DNA from: Coleofasciculus sp. B1-GNL1-01
GTDB taxonomy: Bacteria > Cyanobacteriota > Cyanobacteriia > Cyanobacteriales > Coleofasciculaceae
Direction: 5' to 3' (one strand)
Length of the DNA: 64,000 nucleotides
NCBI GenBank assembly: GCA_040220235.1
Contig: JAVJTO010000039.1
The position numbers and the translations under genes are program-made. Shown piece after piece: positions 43,614-54,451 of this stretch. Each line of letters opens with the position of its first letter. Position 1 is the stretch's first letter. The notes beneath the pieces are model-generated. The model saw nothing but the letters and a program-made list of their open reading frames with translations, did not search any database and was not told the origin of the DNA.

Positions 43614-44123
43614 ATGAATGCTATTTTAGGGACTAGCGCAAAGCGACCCACCTGGCAAACGATTGCTCTGTTTGTCTTGGGTCTGTGGTTAAGTAGTAGC
43701 TTTATTCTAGACTTCGTGATCATGCCCACTCTGGGAACGGCTGGAATGTTGAACGACGCCAGTTTTGCTAGTGCGGGTTATTCGATTTTCTGGATGTTTA
43801 ATCGGATCGAGTTACTCTGTGCCGCTTTAGTTTTAACCAGCCTTTTGGCAATACGTGGCACATCTAATCTCTATCATCATGTCCGACGCTGGTCGATCCT
43901 ATTATCTGGGCTTCTGTTAGCAATTGCTCTCATTAATACCTACATCATGACGCCCCAGATGAGCGCTCTAGCGATGCAACTGAATCTGTTTGCGCCAGCA
44001 ACGGGTATGCCAAGTGGAATGGTTGAGATGCATGAAGGATATTGGTTCCTAGAAGCGATTAAGTTAATTGTCGGTGCAACTGTACTGGCTTGGTGTTATC
44101 ACGATTCGCGAGAAATTGCTTAA
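43614..44123 (+). CDS. DUF4149 family membrane protein
   Basis: Four TM helices; FNRIELLC, TPQM, MHEGYW.LE..K. Confidence 0.8.
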   Translation: MNAILGTSAKRPTWQTIALFVLGLWLSSSFILDFVIMPTLGTAGMLNDASFASAGYSIFWMFNRIELLCAALVLTSLLAIRGTSNLYHHVRRWSILLSGLLLAIALINTYIMTPQMSALAMQLNLFAPATGMPSGMVEMHEGYWFLEAIKLIVGATVLAWCYHDSREIA

Positions 44124-44240
44124 TAGGTTATACCATTGAATCAACATCTGTAGGGGTACGACGTGTCGTACCCCTACTGTTGGTTGTGGACTAAATTGGA
44201 CAGCTTGATGGGCGCAAGGCTTGCGCCCCTACAACCGATA

Positions 44241-46133
44241 TTATTCGACGTTCGACAATCGACAACGTTGAACGGCTCCAGCGGACTCTCCCCGAATTCG
44301 ACGTATGGCGACTTCTAATTCACTTAAATCTTCTTGCAAACCACAATATTGAACTTGCAGAGTCTGCAAGGTTTCAGTTTCTACTGTCTTTCGCTCTTCT
44401 AACTGACGCAGTTCAGTTCGAGCCGTCGCGATTTGTTGTTCTGTGGTTTGGATTTCCGCTTGCAGTGTACTTAAACGCTGTTGTACGGTGCTGAATTCAC
44501 GGCGAGAGACTTCTAGGCGTTCTTGAGCGGTTTCGATTTCACCACGTACCTCAACCAGTTGTGCTTCTAAACTTTGCCGTTCACTCTGTAGCGACTCAAC
44601 TCTGGCTTCGGCGCTGCTAACCTCTTCTCGAACTTCAACTAACCGTTGTTGAGAGCGTCGCACAGAGGTTTGAGAGGCTTCTAGGCGTTCTTGAGAGGTC
44701 TCAATTTCTGCGCGGACTTCCACCAGTTGGGCTTCTAAGCTTTGCCGTTCATTTTGGCGTGATTCGAGTTCTACCTGAGCGGTACTAATTTCTTCTCGGA
44801 CTTCAACTAACTGTTGTTGAGAGCGGCGCACAGAGGTTTGAGAGGCTTCCAGGCGTTCTTGAGCGGTCTCAATTTCTGCGCGGACTTCCACCAGCCTCGC
44901 TTCTACGCTTTGGCGTTCACTGCGTAGGGATGTCAGTTGGGCTTGGGCGCTGGTAATCTCCTCTCGGACTTCAACTAATCGTTGTTGAGATTGTCGCACT
45001 GCTGTTTGCGAGGATTCAAGTTGAGCTTGGACGGTTTCAATTTCTTCTCGAATGGCGACTAACTGTTGGCGAGATTCCCGGATTTCGACTTGGGAGGATT
45101 CAAGTTGAGCTTGGGCGGTTTGAATTTCTTCCCGCAGAGCGACTAATCGCTGTTGCGATTGGCGTACAGAGGTTTGAGAGGACTCGAATTGGGCGGTTAC
45201 AGTTTGGCGTTCACTCCGCAATTCCTCTAATCGAGCTTCAGCGGTGCGAATCTCAGATTGCAACGCCACGAGTCGCTGTTGGGTGCTACGGACTTCAGTT
45301 GTCGATTCGCCGGAGGTGGTAAGAATCGAGAGTAAGGTGGTTACTTCTAAATCGGTTGCATCATAACTCGCCGCTCGTTCTAAAGACGCGATCGCTTGCT
45401 CATAACGTTCTAATTGATAGAGTGCTAATCCCCGTCGTTTCCAGGCGAGGGCGTTTCGCGGTTCAATTTCTAAGGCTTTATCACAACTCGCGACAGCATC
45501 TTGATACCGTTCCAGTTTATACAATGCAGCGGCGCGTTCTACCCACACTGACGCCATCTGCTCATTCGTTTGCAAAAGTTGGTCATAGATGGAGAGCGCC
45601 TGATTATACTCTCGCAACTCATAAGACAGCACTTGGGCAATTTGCTTGGGTATGACTGTAGTGATTAAGGTTTGTTCATACTCCGATTCGGCGTTTAAGG
45701 TTAAGGTTTGTTGCCAAGTATTAACCGCCGCCTGATAGCGTTGAAGTTCGTATAAGGCTTGTCCTTTCTGATACTGAGCTAAAAGATAATTAGGTTGAAG
45801 TCGAATTGCTTCATCGTAGGATGCGATCGCGCTTTCATACTGTCCCCAACTGCTGAATATCTCGCCGCGCCAATACCACGCCAAGAACGCCTCTGGCTGA
45901 ATTTGCACAATCCGATCTAGGATGGCGATCGCCTCACGATATTTACCCACACCCCGTAACTGGCTCACCTGTTGCCATAATTGATCCAGCAGTTGAGCTT
46001 GTGCGATCGGCATCGTAGTGGGAGTGCGATCGAACTCCATGGGTTCAATCGGGGTTTGCACCGTCGCACTGGCGATTCCACCAGTCATCAATGTCGCTAA
46101 GGCTACACTTATCTGAACTGGGATTTTTGACAT
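44241..46133 (-). CDS. Secreted TPR protein with a long repetitive coiled-coil C-terminus
   Basis: Signal peptide, TPRs (AIASYDEAIRLQP), heptad repeats SQQRLVEVREEI. Confidence 0.85.
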   Translation of the reverse strand: MSKIPVQISVALATLMTGGIASATVQTPIEPMEFDRTPTTMPIAQAQLLDQLWQQVSQLRGVGKYREAIAILDRIVQIQPEAFLAWYWRGEIFSSWGQYESAIASYDEAIRLQPNYLLAQYQKGQALYELQRYQAAVNTWQQTLTLNAESEYEQTLITTVIPKQIAQVLSYELREYNQALSIYDQLLQTNEQMASVWVERAAALYKLERYQDAVASCDKALEIEPRNALAWKRRGLALYQLERYEQAIASLERAASYDATDLEVTTLLSILTTSGESTTEVRSTQQRLVALQSEIRTAEARLEELRSERQTVTAQFESSQTSVRQSQQRLVALREEIQTAQAQLESSQVEIRESRQQLVAIREEIETVQAQLESSQTAVRQSQQRLVEVREEITSAQAQLTSLRSERQSVEARLVEVRAEIETAQERLEASQTSVRRSQQQLVEVREEISTAQVELESRQNERQSLEAQLVEVRAEIETSQERLEASQTSVRRSQQRLVEVREEVSSAEARVESLQSERQSLEAQLVEVRGEIETAQERLEVSRREFSTVQQRLSTLQAEIQTTEQQIATARTELRQLEERKTVETETLQTLQVQYCGLQEDLSELEVAIRRIRGESAGAVQRCRLSNVE

Positions 46134-46484
46134 ATTGACTCCTCAAACCTCAAGATACCATCAACGAGAATAACTCTGTTGATAGTTTAAATAATGTATA
46201 ACTTTATCAAGTTCTTTGTTTATATACTACTTTTGCTTAATAAATCCGTAATATCTTAGCAGAAGTTTAAGAAGTAGTTATTCCTAAAGAGAGCGTAGAC
46301 TGTTTTTTAGCGACGCAACCATCATCATTTGTCATTGGCTCCTATTGACAGACAAACTCAATTACCCAGACGCGATCATTGGAGGAGGTAGTACTTACGT
46401 TAGTGGAGGGTGACCAAGTTATCACCTCTTCCTCTAGCTAAAAACTTATAGAGCGATCACCAGTGGGATGAAATCGTGGTGAGA

Positions 46485-47432
46485 TTAATTAGAATATTTC
46501 ACAGTGCGAAGGTGAGAGCCAACATAACCGATGATTATCATCTTATCCTCAGTCGGAAAGAAATAAATTCGCCAACCAAAAGATAATTTAGCGTGCCAAC
46601 TAAAAACTCGCTCTTTACCATCTGGGCAAAGAAACATTCTTTCCTTACTGTACTTTGGATTCTGAAGTGTGACTTGGCTTTCTGGAGAAACATTTCTAAG
46701 ACTATTTGGTTCAAACGCTTCTTCTGTCCAAGTCTTGCAGTAGTCTTCAAGTTCTGACAATCGATTCTTAATAAGCTGCAATATCGGATTCTTAAGACTC
46801 TGTAATTGCTTACCAACAGCTTCGCAGAATATCAGATTTGGAAATAATTCATCTTTACGATTCCAGAGTTCTAGCCCATCACGCACTGTTGATCGGATAC
46901 GGTTGGTAATCCACTCAGCATGTTCCTGAACGTGATTACTACGACTGGCGTGGACAATTTCTAGTCGTTCATCAATTAAATCTTCATTTGCATCAAGACG
47001 TCTTATTTCCAACTCTAAGCGGCTGCAATCCCAGCAGGTTTCCGAAATCAAGCTCACTGTAAGTGCATCAATGACTACAGCAAAACCCAGTCCTCTTGCT
47101 TCCTTTCCTTGATGCCAAACCTGAGATAAATCAAAGTCATTTTTAATTTCTTCAGCAACATCAGTCCAGAAGGGTGCTTTTGATGTAAGAGTTCTGAAAA
47201 AACTACGCTTTTCTCGATTAACTTCTTTATCGTTACGCCAACGAGCTACAGGATAGCCCGGTGCGAGTTCGATAGTATTAATATCTTCTGAAGTACGAAG
47301 TACTCGCTTCACGCCACTTGCAGTTGCTTGGCGGATAGTACCAATCAGATCTGACATTAATTGCCGTGCTGTTTGCTGATCAGAAACGGGAGTCTGAAAG
47401 GAGAGTTCATTGAGTACCATTTCTAAATCCAT
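46485..47432 (-). CDS. Putative effector with C-terminal RelE-like nuclease (Menshen NsnC-like)
   Basis: WHAKL..GWRIYF..IIIGYVGSHL; third gene of the operon. Confidence 0.7.
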   Translation of the reverse strand: MDLEMVLNELSFQTPVSDQQTARQLMSDLIGTIRQATASGVKRVLRTSEDINTIELAPGYPVARWRNDKEVNREKRSFFRTLTSKAPFWTDVAEEIKNDFDLSQVWHQGKEARGLGFAVVIDALTVSLISETCWDCSRLELEIRRLDANEDLIDERLEIVHASRSNHVQEHAEWITNRIRSTVRDGLELWNRKDELFPNLIFCEAVGKQLQSLKNPILQLIKNRLSELEDYCKTWTEEAFEPNSLRNVSPESQVTLQNPKYSKERMFLCPDGKERVFSWHAKLSFGWRIYFFPTEDKMIIIGYVGSHLRTVKYSN

Positions 47433-47435
47433 GTA

Positions 47436-48578
47436 TTACTCTCCTGCTGGTTCTAACAAAGCTTCCAAACTTTTATCCCATTCATCAAAGAAACCATCGG
47501 GCCAGTAATCAATTCGTCCGTTTCGATCAATCCGTGGGGATATTACTTCGGTGTAAATTTGTCGATCTTTTTCTTTGCGATCAAAATAGTGCAACTGAAC
47601 ATTATTGGGTTTAAGTTTGCCACCATGAACAGCTAAACGAATCCCATTTAAAACATGATCGCTATGAGTTTCTATGACAACTTGAACACCACAACTAGCT
47701 GCAAGTGCCAATAATTCACCCATTTTTGATTGCCCTTTAGGATGAAGATGCGCTTCTGGATTTTCCAGTAAAATTAGTGTACCTGGAGGAGATGAAAGTA
47801 CGGCGACAATAATGGGTAAAGTGTAAGTAATGCCAAAACCAACATTAGTAGCACGGTAAGGATTGCTATCTCCATAGAAATACTGAGAGATCATCAAATC
47901 TACATCTAATTTAGGGTCAATTTTAAGACGTGTGCCTGGACTGACTTCTCCCATCCATGCCTCAACTTGATCTATTAAATCAAGTGATTTTTCTCCTTTT
48001 TTACCTGTTTGACCTTTAGTGTTTACTTTTGGATGGCTTAATTTCCTGTTGGGAATTTCTTTACGCCCATTCAAAAAAAGGAAATGAGAGGTATATTCAC
48101 CTCTAGTTCCAAGTTTGCCAAGCTGTCTGACTTGGAAATCAGACATTTCAAAAAAAGGTCTTGAACCAATTCTTTCGGCTTGTAGATAGTGAAAATTTTC
48201 ATGAAAAAGGCTTGAATCATAAACTTCTTTTTTGACAGGTTCCGAATCAAGGTTTAATACTTCTACTTCTCGATCGTAATTGAAACGCCATATACCATTT
48301 TTATTATTATCCAAAACAAGATTAAACTCGATTGGCTCCTTACCTGCTCCCTCGAAAAGCGCATCTTGCCCCGTTCCAATGCAAACCAAATCACCGTTTA
48401 GTGCCAAACCTTTTTCTGGTAATAATCCCTGTTGATAAGATTGACGCAGTAGCAGTAGCGATTGAAGAACAGAAGATTTACCCGTACTATTAAGACCAGA
48501 AAGTAGGGTTAGCGGCCTAAACTCAAGACGCTGATTAGAAAAAGGCTTGAAATTTATTAAGTGTAACTGACGAATCAT
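47436..48578 (-). CDS. ABC/AAA ATPase with DUF3696 (Menshen NsnB-like)
   Basis: GLNSTGKS, NVGFG, ENPEAHLHP, ETHSDH, WPDGFFD. Confidence 0.88.
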   Translation of the reverse strand: MIRQLHLINFKPFSNQRLEFRPLTLLSGLNSTGKSSVLQSLLLLRQSYQQGLLPEKGLALNGDLVCIGTGQDALFEGAGKEPIEFNLVLDNNKNGIWRFNYDREVEVLNLDSEPVKKEVYDSSLFHENFHYLQAERIGSRPFFEMSDFQVRQLGKLGTRGEYTSHFLFLNGRKEIPNRKLSHPKVNTKGQTGKKGEKSLDLIDQVEAWMGEVSPGTRLKIDPKLDVDLMISQYFYGDSNPYRATNVGFGITYTLPIIVAVLSSPPGTLILLENPEAHLHPKGQSKMGELLALAASCGVQVVIETHSDHVLNGIRLAVHGGKLKPNNVQLHYFDRKEKDRQIYTEVISPRIDRNGRIDYWPDGFFDEWDKSLEALLEPAGE

Positions 48579-49750
48579 GACAATACATCTTGAATTATTT
48601 TTTCAACAGTAGTAAATCGATAGTCAACCTTGTTCGCTGCCTGAGAAATAGATGAGTTGAATTCTTTATCATTGTTTATATAGTTACGGAATGAATCAAT
48701 TATTTCTTGCTTTTTGTTTTTTAATTTTTGGATTTCTTTATCACCTAGTTTTCCAAGATTCACTGACCACACTTCAAATATTGCTTTGTTTAATGGATAT
48801 TTCCTTTGATTTTTATTAGATAGTTTACGAAAAGCATTTTCGCCGAATATTTCATTTGCAGCTATCATGGCTTTTTTAAATTTATCTTTTATGCTAGCCA
48901 ATTCTTGATTCGTTAGTTTATTTATTTTAAATAATGCTTCACTTAAAAATTCGTCTCTATTGCCCTCTTCATAATTTTTATAAGATGTCAGTGTATAGGC
49001 AAGGAATCCTAAGACAAATTCTCGGTCATCCATCCGGCTTTTTTTAGAGTCACTAAGGTCAACAATTTGCTTGAATTCTTGCATTTTCGCAAGTTCGGCT
49101 AAAAACTCAGTTGCTTGACCTGGATTGAGTGCATGGCGTATTTCTTGAGGCGAAAGAGGTGTTCCACCTGTATTAATACGTTTAAATATATTGTATTTTA
49201 CTTCAGGAGGCGTACCACTTTGAATTAAATAAACAGTTGGTTGTGTTTCAAGAATGCGTCGCTGATATCTGGGTATCAATTGCTCATATCTTTTACCTTC
49301 AAGATTATTAAGATACTCTAATCCACTCAGCGTAAGCTTGTTGTCATTTACAAATTCTTTTAGGGCAAATAGCCGCTGCAATCCATCTACAACCAACCAA
49401 TTATCTTCATCAGTTGCATCAACATAAAAAGCTGGCAATGGAATGCGGATCAATATGGATTCAATGAGTCGGCTTTTGACATCAGGCTTCCATATATCCG
49501 CTTGACGCTGAAACTTCGGTGCTAAATTAAGTGCTTTTTGATCAATTCGTCTCAGAAGCTGTTCAATTGTTGGTTGTCTAGTAATAATATTAATTTCATC
49601 GGGATCGTAGCGAAAGCTACGTCGTTCATCTTGTTGATCATCATTCTCTGCTTCATCTAATAAAGTGTCTTCATCAAATGATTCTGGTTCTAAGTCTCGG
49701 TTATTTAACTCGGTCACAGCGTTGGCTCCTTTTGTTTCATACTCACTCAT
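48575..49750 (-). CDS. DUF262 (ParB-like/GmrS) protein (Menshen NsnA-like)
   Basis: PKFQR, SRLIESI, VDGLQRL, IFKRINTGG. Confidence 0.9.
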   Translation of the reverse strand: MSEYETKGANAVTELNNRDLEPESFDEDTLLDEAENDDQQDERRSFRYDPDEINIITRQPTIEQLLRRIDQKALNLAPKFQRQADIWKPDVKSRLIESILIRIPLPAFYVDATDEDNWLVVDGLQRLFALKEFVNDNKLTLSGLEYLNNLEGKRYEQLIPRYQRRILETQPTVYLIQSGTPPEVKYNIFKRINTGGTPLSPQEIRHALNPGQATEFLAELAKMQEFKQIVDLSDSKKSRMDDREFVLGFLAYTLTSYKNYEEGNRDEFLSEALFKINKLTNQELASIKDKFKKAMIAANEIFGENAFRKLSNKNQRKYPLNKAIFEVWSVNLGKLGDKEIQKLKNKKQEIIDSFRNYINNDKEFNSSISQAANKVDYRFTTVEKIIQDVLS

Positions 49751-49904
49751 CCTCTTACTTATAAAATATAGGGTAAAACATTAGAAAATGCTATGTAGCG
49801 TTTCTTGCTCAATTGCCCAATTTGAGTGGTAAGGACACAGCCTAAAAGTAGTTTTTCTTATCACTACAGCAAAACTCAAGAGTGATCGCACCCTCTTACC
49901 ATAA

Positions 49905-49933
49905 CAAATAAACCCCCCGGAATCCGAGGGGTA
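49905..49933 (-). terminator. Probable intrinsic terminator after chlN
   Basis: Minus strand: ACCCCTCGG-ATT-CCGGGGGGT followed by TTATTT. Confidence 0.6.
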
Positions 49934-49957
49934 GGAGAGATCTCAAAGGAGGAGAGA

Positions 49958-51397
<1,440 letters not shown>

Positions 51398-51628
51398 CTA
51401 CAAGTATCGATATAAGACGTCAACAATCACTGATGGTTAATGGACTCATACCCTTTGGTTGTCTTCATCACAGGTAGGATTCGGGCGGGTTTACTAACGG
51501 GGAAGGTTTCGTGCATCCGATAAGAGTAAAACCCGCCCCTACAAATCCATGTATTTTGTCTATGTCGTTGCTGAAACCCAATGGGTATGACAATAACATA
51601 CGACCAATGACAAAGGACAAATGACCAA

Positions 51629-52495
51629 TTAAACCATCATCAGGTCAAGTTCTTCTTCCTCTGACGTTACCTTGGGTTGTTGAGGATTCAGGTAGAAGTC
51701 AGACAGTAAGGAGAACAACTCGCGATCGGGGGCGTCGTTGGGAACCACACCTTCTGGACGTGCCAATACTTGATCGGCAATATTCAGATAGTAATCACAC
51801 ACAGGTGTCAGAGATGGATCAGTTTCTGCCATTTCAAAAATGGTTTTCCCCTTAACCCGCGAAATGCGAATATCTTCAATTAAAGGCAGAATCTCCAACA
51901 CGGGAATGGGTACAGCTTCAATATATTTATCAATCAGATCCCGCTTCGAGGTACGATTGCCGATTAGCCCAGCTAGGCGTAAGGGGTGGGTACGGGCTTT
52001 TTCACGCACAGACGCCGCAATTCGGTTCGCTGCAAATAACGCATCAAAGCCGTTATCGGTAACGATCATGCAGTAGTCGGAATAGTTCAGAGGTGCAGCG
52101 AATCCACCGCAAACAACGTCACCGAGAACATCAAATAGAATGACATCGTACTCGTCAAACGCATTAAGTTCCTTGAGTAGCTTCACTGTCTCGCCGACAA
52201 CATAGCCACCGCAACCTGCACCAGCGGGGGGTCCACCTGCTTCGACGCAATCAACGCCGCCATAGCCTTTATAGATAACGTCTTCGGGCCAAACGTCTTC
52301 GTAGTGATAATCCTTTTCCTGAAGCGTATCAATAATCGTGGGAATTAAGAAGCCTGTCAGGGTAAAGGTGCTGTCATGTTTCGGATCACAGCCAATTTGC
52401 AACACCTTTTTGCCACGTCTGGCTAACGCTACGGAGATATTACAGCTTGTTGTGGACTTACCAATACCGCCTTTTCCATAAACTGAGAGTTTCAC
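51629..52495 (-). CDS. chlL: Dark-operative protochlorophyllide reductase iron-sulfur ATP-binding subunit L
   Basis: [36 protein letters not shown] start. Confidence 0.97.
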   Translation of the reverse strand: MKLSVYGKGGIGKSTTSCNISVALARRGKKVLQIGCDPKHDSTFTLTGFLIPTIIDTLQEKDYHYEDVWPEDVIYKGYGGVDCVEAGGPPAGAGCGGYVVGETVKLLKELNAFDEYDVILFDVLGDVVCGGFAAPLNYSDYCMIVTDNGFDALFAANRIAASVREKARTHPLRLAGLIGNRTSKRDLIDKYIEAVPIPVLEILPLIEDIRISRVKGKTIFEMAETDPSLTPVCDYYLNIADQVLARPEGVVPNDAPDRELFSLLSDFYLNPQQPKVTSEEEELDLMMV

Positions 52496-53231
52496 GCTTC
52501 GTTGTCTCCTAACGTTTGGATCAAAACTGAAATGTTGTCGTAGCTGTTAAATATGCTGGCATCGAGGCTTGGGCTGAGTCGTCAGCCGTTGCTTGCTGCC
52601 TGCTAATCGCATTATTGACATAACTCCCTGAGAAATGAAAGGGGGTTTAGGAATGGGATGGGCTTTAAATCTGAATTAAATCATGCCTAGCAATGGATAA
52701 ATGGTTTTATCGGTTCAGAGTAACGCTGAAATCAATTTAATCAAATTATTTTAGTTTTGTGTCATAAATTTATATAAATATGAACAAAAGCAAAAAATAG
52801 GGTCAATTGACTTCCAGTTTGACTAAGCTGGCGCACGTTAGAGATCTGACTCCAGCTCAACGCTGACGGGAAATGGGGGATATAGATGGGGTTTAGCGCG
52901 ATCGCATTCCTTCAGCCTGAGACACCCTGATCCCCAAAAACCCTGGATTTACGTCAATTAGAGAACGTGCGATCGCACTTTTGGCGAACTCCGGCAAGAT
53001 TGTTGTAAATAAAGATTAATTTTTGTGGCAGCGATGACACTCACCGCGATCGCCCATCACTGGCATAGGTTAAAATCTATGGTTGCGATATAAATTTACC
53101 TATCCTCAAAAAGTAGAGACGTTGAATGCAACGTATTTTGGTTGCATCCAGATGTAACTCAACCCGCCCCGACCTAGCTAAAATAAGATGGATAGAGTTC
53201 CTATAACTTGAGAATTGACAGGGATGAAACC

Positions 53232-54161
53232 ATGAAATTCATTAGTCCTAAAGTCGATTATGCCTTTAAAAAAATATTCGGCTCAGAACAGAGCAAAGAC
53301 ATTTTAATCAGCTTTCTAAACGCGATTATTTATGGAGGCAACAAAACCATTCAATCCTTAACCATTGTCAATCCCTATAATCCGGGGCAGGTCATGAACT
53401 TAAAGGATACTTATTTAGATATAAAAGCTGTTTTATCCAATGGTTCAGTCGTTATTATTGAAATGCAGATAGCACGGGTAACGGCTTTTAGCAAACGGAT
53501 CGTATACAATCTGGCTAAAGCTTATAGTAATCAATTAGGAATCGGAGAAAATTATTTAACATTAAACCCAGTTATCGCTGTAACAATTACAGATTTTGTT
53601 CTATTCAATACTAGCCAAGATGTGATCAGTCAGTTTGTTTTCCAGGAAAAAAATCATAAGTTTGAATATCCTGATCCAGAATTGCAGTTAGTTTTCGTCG
53701 AACTACCGAAATTCCAAAAAAGCCTATCAGAGTTAACAAGTTTAAGTGATAAATGGATTTACTTCCTGAAAGAAGCGGCTCGTCTAGATAATATTCCTGA
53801 CAGTTTAGGAGAAGTATCTGAGATAGAACTAGCTTTAAACATTGCCAACCAAGCCAAAATGACCGAAGACGAGTTAGAAGTCGTAGAGCGTCGGGGAATC
53901 ATGTTGCAAGATGAGAAAGGGCGGATAACCTATGCAGCAGAACAAGGGGAAGCAAAAGGAAGAGAAAAAGGACGCTTGCAAGAAGCGATCGCTCTAGTTA
54001 TGCGTCTACTTAAAAAGCGTTTTGGAGATGTACCAGAGGCGATAAGTACCAAGGTGGAAAGTTTGCCTTTGCAAGACTTAGAAAATTTAACTGAGGAGAT
54101 TTTAGATTTAAATCATTTGGAGGATTTGGAACGTTGGTTAGACGAACATTCGCCATCTTAA
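53232..54161 (+). CDS. Rpn-family PD-(D/E)XK nuclease/putative transposase with DUF4351 tail
   Basis: DYAFKKIFG, LDIKA..IEMQ, FVELPKF, WIYFL, LLKKRFG. Confidence 0.9.
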   Translation: MKFISPKVDYAFKKIFGSEQSKDILISFLNAIIYGGNKTIQSLTIVNPYNPGQVMNLKDTYLDIKAVLSNGSVVIIEMQIARVTAFSKRIVYNLAKAYSNQLGIGENYLTLNPVIAVTITDFVLFNTSQDVISQFVFQEKNHKFEYPDPELQLVFVELPKFQKSLSELTSLSDKWIYFLKEAARLDNIPDSLGEVSEIELALNIANQAKMTEDELEVVERRGIMLQDEKGRITYAAEQGEAKGREKGRLQEAIALVMRLLKKRFGDVPEAISTKVESLPLQDLENLTEEILDLNHLEDLERWLDEHSPS

Positions 54162-54451
54162 TCAGGTTTACGAGAATCTAGGTAAGCCAATGGGTTCTCT
54201 TGGATCTGGGGTGAAAATTGTAGCGGAAAGCTACAAAATAGATTTTGGTAATCACGCAAATGCTTAAATCTATCCTAGAATAATGTTTGTTTATCACCCT
54301 AAGTACAATGGCACTGAAATAAGCATTTTTGGATTAACGAAACCTTGATATACCGTAGGGTGGGTTGAGCGAAGTCGAAACCCACCAGCATACCAGTCAG
54401 CACCATTCACCCTAAGAATGAGAGAGATCAACCGGAAGTTGCTTTTTGGAG

